A DNA stretch of 62,279 nt from the NCBI RefSeq assembly GCF_025526975.1, contig NW_026515703.1:248001-310279 (forward strand), read 5' to 3'. Source of the stretch: Fimicolochytrium jonesii (taxonomy: Eukaryota). Positions within the stretch are counted from its first letter, which is position 1, and each line of letters starts with the position of its first letter. Made by a program: the position numbers and the translations under genes. This document shows positions 27,543-40,300 of this stretch, one piece after another. Below the pieces are notes generated by a model. That model was not told the DNA's origin, did no database searches, and saw nothing but the letters and a program-made list of their open reading frames with translations.

Positions 27543-28650
27543 ATGAGTGCTCCGAACGCCGTGTACATCGGCCTCAGTGCCCTGACCATGTCCCATACCG
27601 TGGTTCTTTTCCATCATGTTGTCTACGATACCAGGGTTGTTGTGCGCAACAAGATACCCCTATTGATTTGTTGCTTGTCGCATATGATCTCCAGGTATGT
27701 GGTATAACGAGCACTCTCGTTGTCGGTGGGACCCGTCAAAACTAACCACATGAAATGGACTTTTTTGCGAATAGGATCCAGTTCTTCTATCTTTTTGATC
27801 CGCTCCCGCCTCGAGATTGCCAGGCTATGGTGATTGTTTCCAACCTGTTCGGCCTCATCACATTCCGCTTCACGCTGTTGTACATGCTGGGTCAGCTTTG
27901 CCTGAATCTCAACAAAAATAACATCTTGGCGAAAGCCGCATGGTCTCTTTCGATGCTTTGCTGGCTGGGGTCATCGATCATTCTTATGTATCAGGAGATC
28001 ACTGCACCTTTCATTATTGAAGAGATTTGCATTCAGCTGATGAGGCCCGAATTGACTCAAGCGAAGTAAGTCTCATGCGCATTCTCTTTTCCGAGTGTCG
28101 AGCCTGCATTTTAACCCAGTCTCTCAATGCAGCAACGTTCTCTTCCTGCTCTCGTTCGTCTTCATGGTCGCCCCCATCACCTACCTCTTGTCGCAGCACG
28201 TTACAATGTCCTAGGCGCTCAGCGGTCGTCGCGACAATGCGTTGAAGAGGGTGTATGTCCGTCAGCTGGTCTTCATCGTCGCCTTCACGACCATCTACTT
28301 GATGTTCCTCATCATGGGCTTCTTTGACATCTCCTTTGACGCCATGTTGTACAACTTCATCTTCTCCGGTATGTGGACGCCTCTCCATCGTTCATGTAAC
28401 ATTCGGAGCGCAAGGAACTAATCTGAAACCCCCTGTGTTCCTTGCAGACTACGTCTGGCTACTCGGCATCAACATGTGGTTGATGCCCGGCGAAGGAGCC
28501 GTCGGCACCACCTCGATCAACAACGGCGACGATAATCCGACTCGCACTTCCGCCACGAAGACGGTGAACGCCCCACCCCACACGGCTGCCATCAGGAGAA
28601 CTTCTGAAATGCCCGCCGCCAAGCGTGGCCGTGAAGACAGCGTTGTTTGA
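27543..28650 (+). pseudogene. Multi-pass (7TM/GPCR-like) membrane protein gene, 4 exons, with a single in-frame TAG at 28212-28214
   Basis: Hydrophobic helices across spliced exons (donors gtatgt ~27695, gtaagt ~28066, gtatgt ~28369). Exon 3 reads ...LSQHVTMS*ALSGRRDNALKRVYVRQLVFIVAF...; hydrophilic C-tail. Confidence 0.6.
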
Positions 28651-29344
28651 TAGGGCGGCTCAAATTCAAACCACCTCGTGCGTTGCATTTCTCCCCGACC
28701 CATATTTCGAGCGGCGGGGACGATTGAAAAAGTTATTTGCTCCTTCTTAGGCTGGGAGAGACGGTTATACCCACGGACATTGGTGCACTTCTATTTGAAA
28801 GTTCCATCGCGTACAGACACTGCGTACTGATAATAGAGATCAAGTGATCAAGATATGTGATGTCGCTGTCGTTGTGCTCATTATGTGCTTTGCACAATGC
28901 CTCTTGATGAGAGGAAGTTTGAGAGAACGCAGGACCAACACCCGCCGCGTCATGCATGTAAAGTTCGGTGGACAACAGAGAAGGGTATGCGGACCGACGT
29001 CCGTCGGGGGATGAAGACGTCCGATTCGTCGCTGACATACTGAATGAAAACAGCTCGGCCTTGCTTCACCGGGTGATGCGGAATTATAGGGCGGAATTCT
29101 ATAACATACATACAATCAGGAGCATGAAAACGTGAAACAGTATGGAAGGGCGTAAGCGATGTTAGATGGCTGCGGAATAATATGTGCAACCTTACAAAAC
29201 AAACTTCGATGCAGATACAAACTTCGATACAGATACAGATACAGACACATGAGGTACGGAAACACAAGATGTTTTCTCGAAGTCCTGCATTCCGTGCATG
29301 TGCATGTGTCGGATTGACCAGGTAGTAGATGACCAGCCGGCCAA

Positions 29345-31885
29345 TCATACGGATTCACGCGGATCCCCGCTTCCCGACATGTGCTCGTCTTCTTGCTCAT
29401 TCTGCCCGTGGTCCGACCCCATGTCGGGGCTTTTGCGGTTTCCGGCCAATACCTTGTTCTTTTCTATCGCCTTGGCAAACTCTTTGAGCATCTGGATGAA
29501 AGCTGGGGTTACATGCAATGGGACGCAAGGTGAGCAAGTACAAGTGACCATGACGCGACAGTGAACAACCTACCACTCTCCATGATGGCGATTTCGCGAA
29601 GAAAGGAGCGACGACTCGTCATGTCATTATCACGCACGCTTGAGAAATCGAAAACCGTTGCCTGAAATGCATCCAGCACAAAGGTCTCAAGTTGAATGTT
29701 ACCAGCGCCACTCCTTTAGAAAGCCCAGATGCTCTTACCATGCGCATGATTTGACACAACCTCCTCAGCGGAAGCGTGAAAAGATGACTGGCCAAGCCGG
29801 CCACAACCATCATGAGGACCGCGACGACCGTCACTGTTACAGCAGCGGTCTGCCGCGTATTTTTCATTGTCCCAACCAAATCGTCCTCAGGAACTGCCAG
29901 AATTCCGATAAGATCAAGTCCGAGGCCGTCTTGGATCCGGACGGTGTCGAGAAAGACGTTCCCATCTTCGGGGCTGGAGAAGCGGGCGCTATACGTTTTC
30001 GGCAAACTCGTGTACGTGCCGTAGGTATCTTGAATATGACTAGCTGCGGCCTGGCGGTACGATGATATGAGGGATGGTACGAGCTAACACATTAGAGAGG
30101 AGATCATGGGTGCACGTCTAGAATGGCGCTCACCTACCCGTAACAGGGGACTTTGGCACGCATCGATATTTACAGAGTCATTGCCATACTGGTTGTAGAG
30201 CAGGCGGTCTACGCTGGAGGCCATCCTAAGCCGGTACTTAAGTTCAGCATGCCATCAACCGTCCGCGCGAATACATAAAAGCTAACATTAAACCGTTGGT
30301 CTCCCTAAACGTCAAGAAAACAAGAACCAGCTTTTAGAGCGCTATCATCAAATACATAACACCATCGCTCATACTTACACTAATGCCATTTGCGTTTTTG
30401 GAGTCACGCTTAAGTTCTGTAAGAGAACGTCTGGTCAAGCTTTGCAGTGCTGCGATGAGAAGCCCCAAGGTGCTCCCGCGCAGGCCCTCCCATCCGACAC
30501 ATCGCACATTGTCCAAGCCCTTACCATACCTGCAAGAACTGCGTTATGGCATCGAAAAGAAACACGCCCACATATTCAACATCCCAATCATGCCCTGTTC
30601 CGTTGACAGGCTCAGGGGTGTACACCCAATGATGTTTCTTGCACGCCTTGCCCCCAGTAGGTTTGGAGCCTGGGACGGTGATAAATTGACCGGGGTCCCA
30701 ACTACCGTGCACCGATCCAAAGTCTGGCGACGGACAAGTATCAAGTTCCTAAACCCGTATATTGTGGAAAGCGTGTGGCAGTAAATCTTCTCACCTGGGA
30801 GAACTGCAAGTGTCGGGATGGGAGCGGTTCTGACCGTAGGGTCATCGAACGAGTACAGATCAAAGGTGCTGTCTAGGCCTGTGCCCGTCCGATTCCATAA
30901 GCCAAGATACTTCTGATTGTGTGTGGAGTTCAGGTACATATAGTGTGTGCCAGTCGTCCCTAGACGACTAACTGCACGAAATGAAACACTGTCAATCGGC
31001 AAACTCAATCCGATTAGGAGTCTCCGGAGGGGAATCTAACCAAAATAACTGGTTCCCTGGATGTCTTCTTGACGGTAATTCACCCCCTACATGTACAAAG
31101 CATCGTTGGAGATGTGATCTGATGTGGTGAGCTAGACTTCCGGTCACCGCGTCTTACCAGCACCATGCCCCCATCGGCCACTCGTGACCAAACCGTCTGG
31201 ATTATCCTAGAGTCCAATGTAGAGGCGAGACATCAGGTCAATACGGGGAAGAAAGGCATCTGCCGCACGTTGACGCGACCTCGTTCACTCACTCTTGGTT
31301 GTACGCCGCGAGATCTGCAGTGCGATTCTGTTTCAATACGCCTAGGACAGTCCGCTGGATCCATGTGCGGTGAAGCCAATCCGTCGCTTCGAAGCACGTT
31401 CCCATCATGCGGTCAACTAGTGATGATTACCGTTCAGGACGGCCCGTGCGCATCTGATGCACATGAACGTGCGTACCTGCAGATCCGAAATCATCTCGCA
31501 AGCGTGTGCGCAGGATCCTAGTAACTGGGCATCATCATCAGCAGATGGCTCCCGAAAGTACATCGGCCCAGTTCAAAAGAGGTCTGCCATACTCTCGTTA
31601 TTGGATCGGTCAGCGCCGCGGAATGCGAGGACGCCTAATGTAGCTGGTTACTCTTTTATCAGAGAATTGTGTTGACAAGCACGAACGAACCTAATGGGAT
31701 CGCCAGAGCTCCCGAAATCACCAATGCAAAAACTGACAGAAAATGAGCTTGTCGACCACACAACTTCCTAGCGCCAGAGGCATCATACCAAGAAGTGCGA
31801 GCGCAAGTGGAACTTTCCCTGCTAGTGACTGGTCGGTGTATGAATCTACGAGAGACTTGTTGGACGATGTTTTCTGTGGGAACAT
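29345..31885 (-). pseudogene. Degenerate two-TM sensor gene (Cache-like extracellular region + TM + HAMP-like)
   Basis: LDLIGILAVPEDDLVGTMKNTRQ-TM-LFTLPLRRLCQIMRM|ATVFDFS...SFLREIAIMES|AFIQMLKEFAKAI. An N-terminal TM-like segment lies near 31800. Stops or frameshifts appear in the 5' part. Confidence 0.55.
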
Positions 31886-32626
31886 GTTGATGTCGCGACT
31901 AGAGTAAGAAAATGTCATATGCCGTTGAGGCTTCATATGTACTGACTGTAGCTGTTTCCGCGGGCCCCAGGTCAACGGGTTCAAACGTTGTATTGTGAGG
32001 GCAACACTCTAATCGGGACAGCCTCCGTTCAGGTCGGCGTTAGGTTTTGCTGACAACTTATGGCAAAATGGACCCTGGGATGACAAACATTGCGCTAGAT
32101 GAAGCTGAGCCGTGTCCCCCATTCGGGAACCCTGAACATTCCGGAGCAAGCTAACCCGACCAGACTGACAACACCGTAAGGCCCAGACTGATTCCTCGGG
32201 CTCGAAAGTGCTCATTTTCATCGTTCAACGCGATCGGAGATGAGTGACAGATTGCGACAGCGCGCCGAGTGACAGCGGCTGCGCCAGGAACTTTTCCGGC
32301 AGGGTCACACTGATTAACCGATATCAAGGTGATTTCAACACAACCACATTGATGGGGTTTGTGGGATGGGGAAACTTCGGGCATGCAGGTTGAAAGGAAC
32401 CTGAAAATCAAGTGAGTACGTTCCGCCAACGATGGAAGAAGGAAAGGCCGACCGTTGTTTGTAGAAACAACGAGCATGAGACCGTTTGCACGATGCTCGA
32501 CGTAGACGAATATAACACCACTGGGTAAGAAGAAAATGCCGCTCGCCTCTTCCTTCCATCTATAGACGATGACTTTCTTTCAGTGCTGAAGACAGATCTA
32601 TAGCCTCTGGCGACGCCGAGTTTTAC

Positions 32627-34321
32627 ATGTCCGCAAACTTCATTATCGAAAAGATCACAATCAGCTTCTCTTGGATTCTTGCCGGAATCTCCTCATCGTA
32701 TGTACCACCTCCGACACTGTTTCCGAAACGCCTGGATGAAATGCGTCCCCTGGTCGAGAATCTGTCTCCGCATCTCTTGGAGAACCTCAAGTCCAACGTG
32801 GTGGTTTGGGAATGGGATCAATACCTATCGCCTTCTCGTTCTACAAAACCTTCTGTGTCGGCCAGGAACGACGCTTTCCCTCGTACCGCCAAACAGGGGC
32901 TAAGGTCTTGGGCCTACCACCACCTAGGTCTCAGGAAAAGTCATGAGCCGCTGTACAAGGCTCTTAATGGTAGAGCATGCCCTAAACGAAAGGAGGGAAT
33001 ACAGCTTTGGTGGCGAGGGAACGGACGATCGGTACGTGGAGATGTTGGCGACCTTCTTCGGCACACCGAGCGCAATGTTGGCTTTTTGTCAAATAAGATT
33101 TCGAAATCGTTCATCGTCTGAATCCCTCTTCTGAGTCCTTTGATCTGGAATCCCGTAAATGGTTGCCAAAGAAGGGGCAATCGCTAAAAGACATGGAAGC
33201 AGAGAGATGGTACCCGAAGCTGTTGGAGGGAATGCGAAGCCGAAGTAGATTTTGCTGGTCCCTGCTGATCTTTGCCATTCAGCATTTTAGCAAAAGCGAC
33301 GAGGCTTTAGCCTTGGCCGTCAAACTCCCCGGCTGGGACTGGAGGGAGCACTGGCATACGTTACTGGAGGCGCTTCTTTCTGAAGAAACCCTATCGGTTC
33401 AGCTGCTGGCCCCACACGGATCATCGTTGGCGACCGCTGGGTGGGATCTCTACTCCTACGTTCAACGGTCATTCCGAAGGTCCATTAACAGTGATAAGAT
33501 CTGGCGGGGGTTAGTCGATGGTGATATACTGGATCTTGCGAAAATTCCCGAAGCAGCTGAACTGCTCAGGGCCGCCATACATGCTGAAAAATCGGAGATG
33601 ATCGAAGAGCTGCTGGGAAAAACCTACAGATGCTTACGCTCTGCAAGCCGCTCTTCCTCGAATTAACATGCTTCGTCGGTTGGCCCGTGAACCTCGCGCT
33701 CGGAATTCTGGCTGGTCCACAGCTTTTACCGCTACGGACAATCTATTTCCAAAGGACGTCCCTGAAATTCGTGACGCCGTGGAGATCTTGCTCGATCAAC
33801 CACGGGTAGATGGCTCGAATGTGAAAGTTATATCTGCCCTCCTTCAACTCGCCGCAAATACGCCAGACGGCAAAGCGGCGACCTTGGTTAGGGATTTTTC
33901 GGGGACAGCGGGGCCTGGTGGATATCGGCCATATCCGGGCAGATGGTAGGCAGGCTTTTTCCAATGCAGTACTGTTCATCAAGGTGATGACGGTACCGGT
34001 TGTGAGCCGATTATGGATTGGTTTCTGCCGCTTGTGGGCTACGCCGAGAAACAGTTCAACGTTGCCATCTTCGATGCCAAAACCATTCTTTCGCATTTGG
34101 ACCCACTCAGCGACATTTGGAGCCACTGCTGGAAGAATTTCACGGCGTGCTGCCATCTCGATGACGACGCTATTGGATGGAGCGCCGTGACTGAACAGGT
34201 GGTGCTGAGCATTGTTGCCCGATTGTTCCTCCCGGAGGCCGCGGTTTCAAACCAGCGATACAACTATCCGGGTCCAGCCCTTTTTTCGACCGACCAACCC
34301 TTTTTTCGGAACTCGGATTAG
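32627..34321 (+). pseudogene. Fragmented hypothetical gene (successive ORFs 32627-33121, 33163-33666, 33668-33949, 34013-34321)
   Basis: Co-oriented abutting ORFs with protein-like helical composition; no family recognised. Confidence 0.35.
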
Positions 34322-34392
34322 TTGCTATCGCCGGTTAAAAGGGCTAATCTCTTGAGCGCTTCCGCGGGTGAAGCTCCCTTGTCGTTCAACAA

Positions 34393-35072
34393 CTAGAAGC
34401 CCTTCTTCATAAGCTCGACGTCCGCAGGATCGTGCTTCGTTGAACCGAACTTGTAGTCAATGCCAACCAGGTTGAGTCCATCAATGACGCCCGGAGGAAG
34501 GTGCCTGGGCTTGCCGTATGCGTGCCACTCCCTTTCGAGCGAGTTCCCGCATTCTGCATAGCGTTGCGTCAATTGGTTGAGATCGGACTGTTCGGGGGAT
34601 TGATCCATTCCCTGATGGCGCGAGCGATCTTGGCCGTATCATCGCGGGCTTTGATCCTGTCATGATGCTCTGCGAACTGAATGATTTCGGGGTCCTGGAG
34701 GGTACAGATCTGGGCGCGTGCTGAGAGTTCTATGGTACGTGGTTATAGGATGCTGGAATCGGGTGCCACCAGAAGTTTACACCTGCGGAGTCCCTGAGCC
34801 TTGATTGACTCTGGAACGTTTCTGATGCGCCACTCGAAGGGGTTTGGGATGGATGGGGTTGACGTGAATGCTCTGCATCGCCCTTCGTCTGACCCGACAC
34901 TCCGAGAAGCAAGGGCCCGAAGGTGCTTGTGCATGCATGTGTGGAACAGCCATGTTGTCTTAAGGGTGTTGGCATCAACAAAGTAGGAACAGCCATTGGG
35001 AACGCAGCGCTGCATCCATTTGTGTGGCAGCGCGCCAGAAGGCTTCTGTCCATCGCGCCAGAAGGGGTTCAA
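34393..35072 (-). pseudogene. Degenerate gene with an N-terminal WW-domain-like motif
   Basis: LPHKWMQRCVPNGCSYFVDANTLKTTW fits the WW pattern LP..W.......G..YF.D.NT..TTW; the downstream frame is broken. Confidence 0.4.
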
Positions 35073-36167
35073 TTGTGTAGATGAACTATTTGGAGTGGCA
35101 CGCTTATCCGTACTATTTGGTCTCGTATGACGTTAAATGACCAGGATTGTAGATCAGCCTGACTAGATTGGTGGAAGGTCAGGCGAGACTACGACACTCG
35201 GTGAGTGACCTTCGTATATATACTTGTGGAATCGTAAGTGCTTCACTCTGACGTTGCTTCTTTGCATTTGAGTATTGACGGTGTCTTGCATGCTTTGCAC
35301 TTCCGTTTCTTACGGGTTGGCAACTTGGCTCGGAGTTGGCGTTTGCTGAGTAGTTTGCACAGTACATAAACAGTATTTGCTCACGCGACGTCGAGTCCGA
35401 CCGGCGATAACCCAAACACCTTAATCGGAAGTCGAGCCGCAACCCCAACTGCATCGGCGCCTAGGGAAGGTCTGGAAAACCTTGAACAGGACACTGCGAG
35501 AGGGTGAGAAACACCCACACAATATCCTGGCTCCGCCCTCCAGCTCACAGCAATACATATACACTGGTCTGGCGACGGAGACCAATGTCCAACCCCCACC
35601 CGAACAGCCCAAATCCCTTGCTCGCCCAACCCCTCCTCGCCTGATCGGGATGCCTGTCTCGTCTTTCACCGCCGGGCGCAATGCGCTCCTCAACCCCCGC
35701 AACAGCAACTTCGAACCAACGCAACGGAAATATCCTTCACCCACTTTTGCACCCTTTCGCCCGAAGATGCCGCGGCCAGAGATGGCGTTAGCGCACGCTT
35801 GAACGAACCCAAAAACCTTTCCTCGACCGTTTCTTTCCTTGTGGTCGCGTCACATAGAAGTAGATGTAATTCTTCAATTCTAGCCACAAGGCATGGGTCG
35901 GACCTCGATCTACAAAACTTCATAGCCAAGCCGTGTCTCTCAACTACTCGAATACGCCCAGATCGATTGAGTATCCGCGCCATTGCTACATCTCTCTTTG
36001 ATCACGCCAAAACAACGAGTCCGGTTCAACTCAGTGACAACCTCCGACCAGGGCTTCGTCCATTCGGCTTCCAGAGCCTCCAGAATGTCGCATCATTTGT
36101 CCTAGTTGCCACCCGCCAGTTCGGAGAGGGTAGGCATCGGATGGTTGACGGTGTATACTGATGGCAG

Positions 36168-37754
36168 CTAGTTCTTTGGTTGGTATCGGGAGTGGGTATC
36201 GGGGTCCGTAGCACTGAGAGGAGTGTACGGCGGAGGAGCAGTCGTTTCCGTGCGGGGCAAAGCTGTTGTGTTCGAAATGGTGTTTGAAATGGCCTGTTCT
36301 GGGCTTTGCGACGTGCGTGCAGGGACCACATTGAAGGTTTGCGGCAATTTGGATGTGAACAAAGGCCGCGCGGACTGAGGGCCGTTGGTATCGTTAGTGT
36401 CATTGATGACATCGGTGGCTGCGGATGTCGACGGGGTTTGGCTTCGCGCAGATGATGATGATGTGCCCGTCTCCGGGTCAGAAGTATTTACGTTCTTCGC
36501 GACGGCTCTTGGCGCGTTCTTCCGTTTCTTTAGGAACCAGACGACAGCACCGATAACGACCGCCGCAATCGCAGCAGCAGCTATGCCCCCAATGGCCACT
36601 GGTGAAAGGCCCTTAGATCCGGAAGTCGGCGCGCCGACCGTCGTGCCATTTGATGGAGCTTCCGTTCCCGGAGTTGTTGACGTTGAGGGGGGCGATGGCG
36701 GGCCGGCGAACGGGCCAGTGGACGGGCGTGCCGGAGACCAATCATCGCTGGTCATGACGGGGTCGAACCAAACGCCTTTTTCCATATCCCACGCGTACAA
36801 AGTCGGCACGCCTGTCAACCACTTCATAACGTCGCTGTCCGTCCTCCCCGCGACATAAAGCACCTTTCCTAAGACCGTGCAATATAGAGTTCTCAGCGCC
36901 GGCGCCGGATCACCGACAACTCCATTTGATGCCATTCCACTTCCGGACGTCAGGTTCTTCCACGTGCTTGGCGTGGAGGTCGGATCGAGAGAATAGGTCT
37001 GCCCATCAAAGTAGGTGAAATCGCGGAGAGTCGAGTTCGTAAAAGACCTGCCCCCGTAAACGACCAGCTTGCCCACGTCCGTACCGTTTGGGTTCACCAT
37101 GCAGAGATGTTCGCGTGGGGAAGGTATGGCGGGCGAGGAGGACGGCTCTTGCGACCATCCAGCGGAGAGGTTGTCGAGTTCGAGGGACATGACGGTATTG
37201 GAAAAGCGGAATGAAGTACTGGCATTGCCGAAACCACCAAAATAGAGGAGCCTGGAGCCCACGACGGCGCCGGCGCCGCCGTTCAGGCTCATGGGCAGGT
37301 CAGGCAGACGGGTCCATGTATCGCTCGACAACATATGCACCGCGGACGTGAACGCTTTGCGGGCGAGATCCCACCCACCCATGACAAACAGCGCGTTCTT
37401 GCCGCCGACAAGCACGGCTTGAGTTGTCAATGGGGGTGAGTTGAGGGCGGTCATCGCCGACCATGTGTTGGAGAGGAGATCGCAATACCACCATCCTTTG
37501 GAGTCCTTTTGCACATACAGCCTGTCACCGACGAGCGCCGACCAAGCCAACCCATCAAAGATGGCCGGCGGACCCGGAGTGACCTTGTGCCATTGGCGTG
37601 TGCTAGGGGTGAATTTCCAGAGCGAATGTGCGTTTGTCTGGTTGGCGCCGCGGTTATCGGCGCCGTAGAGGAGAATGGACTCGTTGTAGACGCTCAAAGT
37701 GGAGGTGCTGAAGTAGTTAGGGTCACTGTCCTCGGTGGAGGTGGTGAACGACAT
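36168..37754 (-). CDS. Kelch-repeat single-pass membrane protein (528 aa), intronless
   Basis: Kelch motifs (ILLYGA, LFVMGG, LLYFGG, LVVYGG, LYVAG with downstream W), Ser/Thr/Pro stalk, TM VAIGGIAAAAIAAVVIGAVVWFL-KKRK, cytoplasmic PPPY. The ORF-track extension to 38159 runs through a MITE and is spurious. Confidence 0.8.
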   Translation of the reverse strand: MSFTTSTEDSDPNYFSTSTLSVYNESILLYGADNRGANQTNAHSLWKFTPSTRQWHKVTPGPPAIFDGLAWSALVGDRLYVQKDSKGWWYCDLLSNTWSAMTALNSPPLTTQAVLVGGKNALFVMGGWDLARKAFTSAVHMLSSDTWTRLPDLPMSLNGGAGAVVGSRLLYFGGFGNASTSFRFSNTVMSLELDNLSAGWSQEPSSSPAIPSPREHLCMVNPNGTDVGKLVVYGGRSFTNSTLRDFTYFDGQTYSLDPTSTPSTWKNLTSGSGMASNGVVGDPAPALRTLYCTVLGKVLYVAGRTDSDVMKWLTGVPTLYAWDMEKGVWFDPVMTSDDWSPARPSTGPFAGPPSPPSTSTTPGTEAPSNGTTVGAPTSGSKGLSPVAIGGIAAAAIAAVVIGAVVWFLKKRKNAPRAVAKNVNTSDPETGTSSSSARSQTPSTSAATDVINDTNDTNGPQSARPLFTSKLPQTFNVVPARTSQSPEQAISNTISNTTALPRTETTAPPPYTPLSATDPDTHSRYQPKN

Positions 37755-37883
37755 GGCGGAGGGTATGAAGAGATTGCTTTCCGTCCCCAAGCCGCCCGCT
37801 TGTGTGTGATTGCGGCTCAGCGTGGGAGGGTGGCTGGGAGCCGAATCTGGAAACTTGATGAAGCCACCACGGAGCGCCGGAGG

Positions 37884-38194
37884 TAGGGTGGCTGGCAACC
37901 CAGATTTTTCACGCTTGCCATCTTGCCTTGCCGCCGCTTGCCATCTTACCCGGCAAGGCAAGGGTGATCTGGATCCACGCCTTAAGTTGGTCTTAAGCAC
38001 GAAATAAGTCAGGGTTAGGGTTACATGAGTCACACTCGGCGTGTTCTTCAGTAGCTTCAGTCCCTTCAGTAGCGTGTTCTTCAGTATTTGCAGAGCTCTT
38101 GCCAACTGGCAAGGTCCGCGCGGTGCTTGCCAGCCGATAAGCAGCCCGCCGCTTGCCAAATTGGCAACCCGCTTGCCCCTTGCCAGCCACCCTA
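37884..38194. mobile_element. hAT-like MITE (311 bp)
   Basis: Perfect 15-bp TIR TAGGGTGGCTGGCAA / TTGCCAGCCACCCTA; exact 8-bp TSD GCCGGAGG (37876-37883, 38195-38202); many subterminal CTTGCC/GGCAAG motifs. Confidence 0.9.
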
Positions 38195-38370
38195 GCCGGA
38201 GGGGTTCAAGAACCGCAAGTCAAATGCGTAAGGTTAGTAGATTGTTGTTGTCAAGGACCCTCATGTGATCTGTCGCTTAGAGCATGTGACTTGGGGATCC
38301 ATTTGAGATTTGTATCGATACGGTAAAAACCTTGGATACCGGGCATTCTTTTCATATATTCCCCCATGAG

Positions 38371-38391
38371 CCCTAACCCTAACCCTAACCC
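38371..38391 (-). repeat. Interstitial telomere tract (CCCTAA)3CCC, inverted relative to the terminal telomere
   Basis: ccctaaccctaaccctaaccc directly before the SDR fragment. Confidence 0.85.
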
Positions 38392-38731
38392 GAAGGGCAA
38401 TTCTATCATGTTGACCGGATCGAGCGCCGGCACAACCGGTGCGGCATTCAGCGTCTACATATACAACGCAAGCAAGGCGGCAATCCGCAACGTCGCGCGG
38501 ACTTGGGCGGAGGACCTGAAGGGCACGGGTATCAAGGCAAACGTTCTATCGCCCGGACCGACGGCGATGGACCTCGCCAAGGAGGCGTTAGGCGAGGACG
38601 GCATAAAAGCTTTTGCGCGCATGGCCGATCCGGCAGAGATCGGGGCCGTAGCTGCTTTCCTTGCATCAGATGATAGCACTTTCATGACTGCTAGCGAGAT
38701 CGCCTTCGACGGGGATCTTGCGCAAATCTGA
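38392..38731 (+). pseudogene. C-terminal half of a short-chain dehydrogenase/reductase, bacterial-like
   Basis: SIMLTGSSAG..., catalytic YNASK, TWAEDLKGTGIKANVLSPGPT, RMADPAEIGAVAAFLASDDSTFMTASEIAFDGDLAQI*. The Rossmann TGxxxGIG half is missing. Confidence 0.85.
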
Positions 38732-39210
38732 CGCGCAGTCTACCACTCCCGTTTTTCTCTTCCTCTTTCCATGTTCTCTTGTGCTCCTTACCGTACGCAC
38801 CACATCGTTGACACCACATTGTACGCACATCTTTGATTGATCAGAACCTATAAAGCATCCGTACCCACTGAGGCTGTCAAATATACCCGAATATTGTCTC
38901 TGCTTGCGAACCCCGGTTTGGCACATGGGTTTACATAGCGGTCTCGATGCAGACGACAACGTACTCTTCGACGATTGTGGTCCCATTGTTGTGGTTTGGG
39001 ACACTTAGCGTTGTGGTTGGAAAAACTTCTGTTCCGTCCGCTTCCCCTTCTCTGGCTATTGGTTGGGCTGGCACGTCTGTTTAAAACTATGCATTTTCTA
39101 CCTGCGCGCCCACGCCGGTTGCGCTTAGGATTTTAGTCATTCTAACCCTACACATATAAGGTCTTTTCGTAGGTCCACGGCGTACGGCGAACGATCAAAC
39201 GGAACAGGCA

Positions 39211-40300
39211 ATGAAAGCGCTGTCGGAGCTGTCGGAGGCAGCGCGTCACGCGTTCTCGACGATCGACTCCGAACAGAAGCCGTTACTGCCAACACTTTGC
39301 GTATTTACCAGTCACGGAGCGTTCACAAACATGAAGGGGGAGCCGGATAACATTTTTGGAGATGAAAATACTGGGCGGGTTTATGCCACCATCGAAGTGA
39401 GGAAACACACCGCAATATAGATCGGTGACACCGAGCATCTCGCCGTTGTATACCAAAGCCCTTGTCGGGACGAAGGAACCTGTGCCAGCCAAAATCTGAG
39501 GAGCTGCGTGGAGCAAGCCTTTGGGTAGATGCATCTCAACAGGCTGCATTATGAGGCTGACAAATAGGAACAGACCTGGTTCTTGCACCGTCCGGCCGAC
39601 ACTCCTACGCTGTTCATCTCCTCGGACAATAAACGCAATCGCGGCTATCGGGGCTACATTTCGTAGAGAATCGACGTATTTTGCTGCTGTTGCTCTCAAG
39701 ACCTACCCCACTGAAAGCTTTCGGGGATCAAGGCGAGTAGACGGTCGAGGGGAGGAAGATACGCCTAGGCGAAGAGGCATGCCTCTGATTGATTTGCCAT
39801 CTTCCTCCTCTCGACCGTTATCGCGATCAAAGCATGAGTCCACTGGCCCCAGGGCTCCTCGTCCCGCCAGTAGCTTTGACCGCCGTGGCTGTACGACGGG
39901 TGATGCGCGGGAGAGTATGGAGACTGATGTCGATACAACCGTGGGTGAGGTTCTGGCGAACCATCAAAAGTCCAAACGCCAGTCAAACCTCTTGATTGGG
40001 AGACCCACATATCACACTTATTCCGAAGAGACTTGGTCGTAACCTGTTAGACAGGTGATTGGGGTATCTTGCAACGGAGAACATTCTGGCCGGGATTGGT
40101 CTCTGATTGGGGGGCGGAGGAGCGACGGTTAACGGCCATTGCGATTGGGAACCTTCATCGGGCCGTGTTTTTCCATGGCGATATTCGCCGGGACAACATG
40201 CTGTTTGAGAAGACTGACGTGTCTCACCGCGGCTTTTCGGTAGATTTGGAGAGGGGGCAGGAGGGACTGAGACGGATTTGGAAGATGAGGGGTTGGCGGT
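39211..40300 (+). pseudogene. Degenerate PD-(D/E)xK nuclease-like + protein-kinase-like gene
   Basis: GEPDNIF...ATIEVRK (nuclease-like), then LHRAVFFHGDIRRDNMLF...VDLE (kinase catalytic loop); multiple breaks. Same layout as 46837-48128. Confidence 0.5.

Noticed and set aside
28212..28214. Stop-codon reassignment (TAG read as sense)
   Set aside because: Calmodulin and DRC3 terminate normally at TAG; one in-frame TAG in a decaying region is better explained by mutation or sequencing error.
37755..38159. N-terminal extension of the 663-aa kelch ORF
   Set aside because: It runs through the hAT-like MITE and starts at a non-ATG codon.
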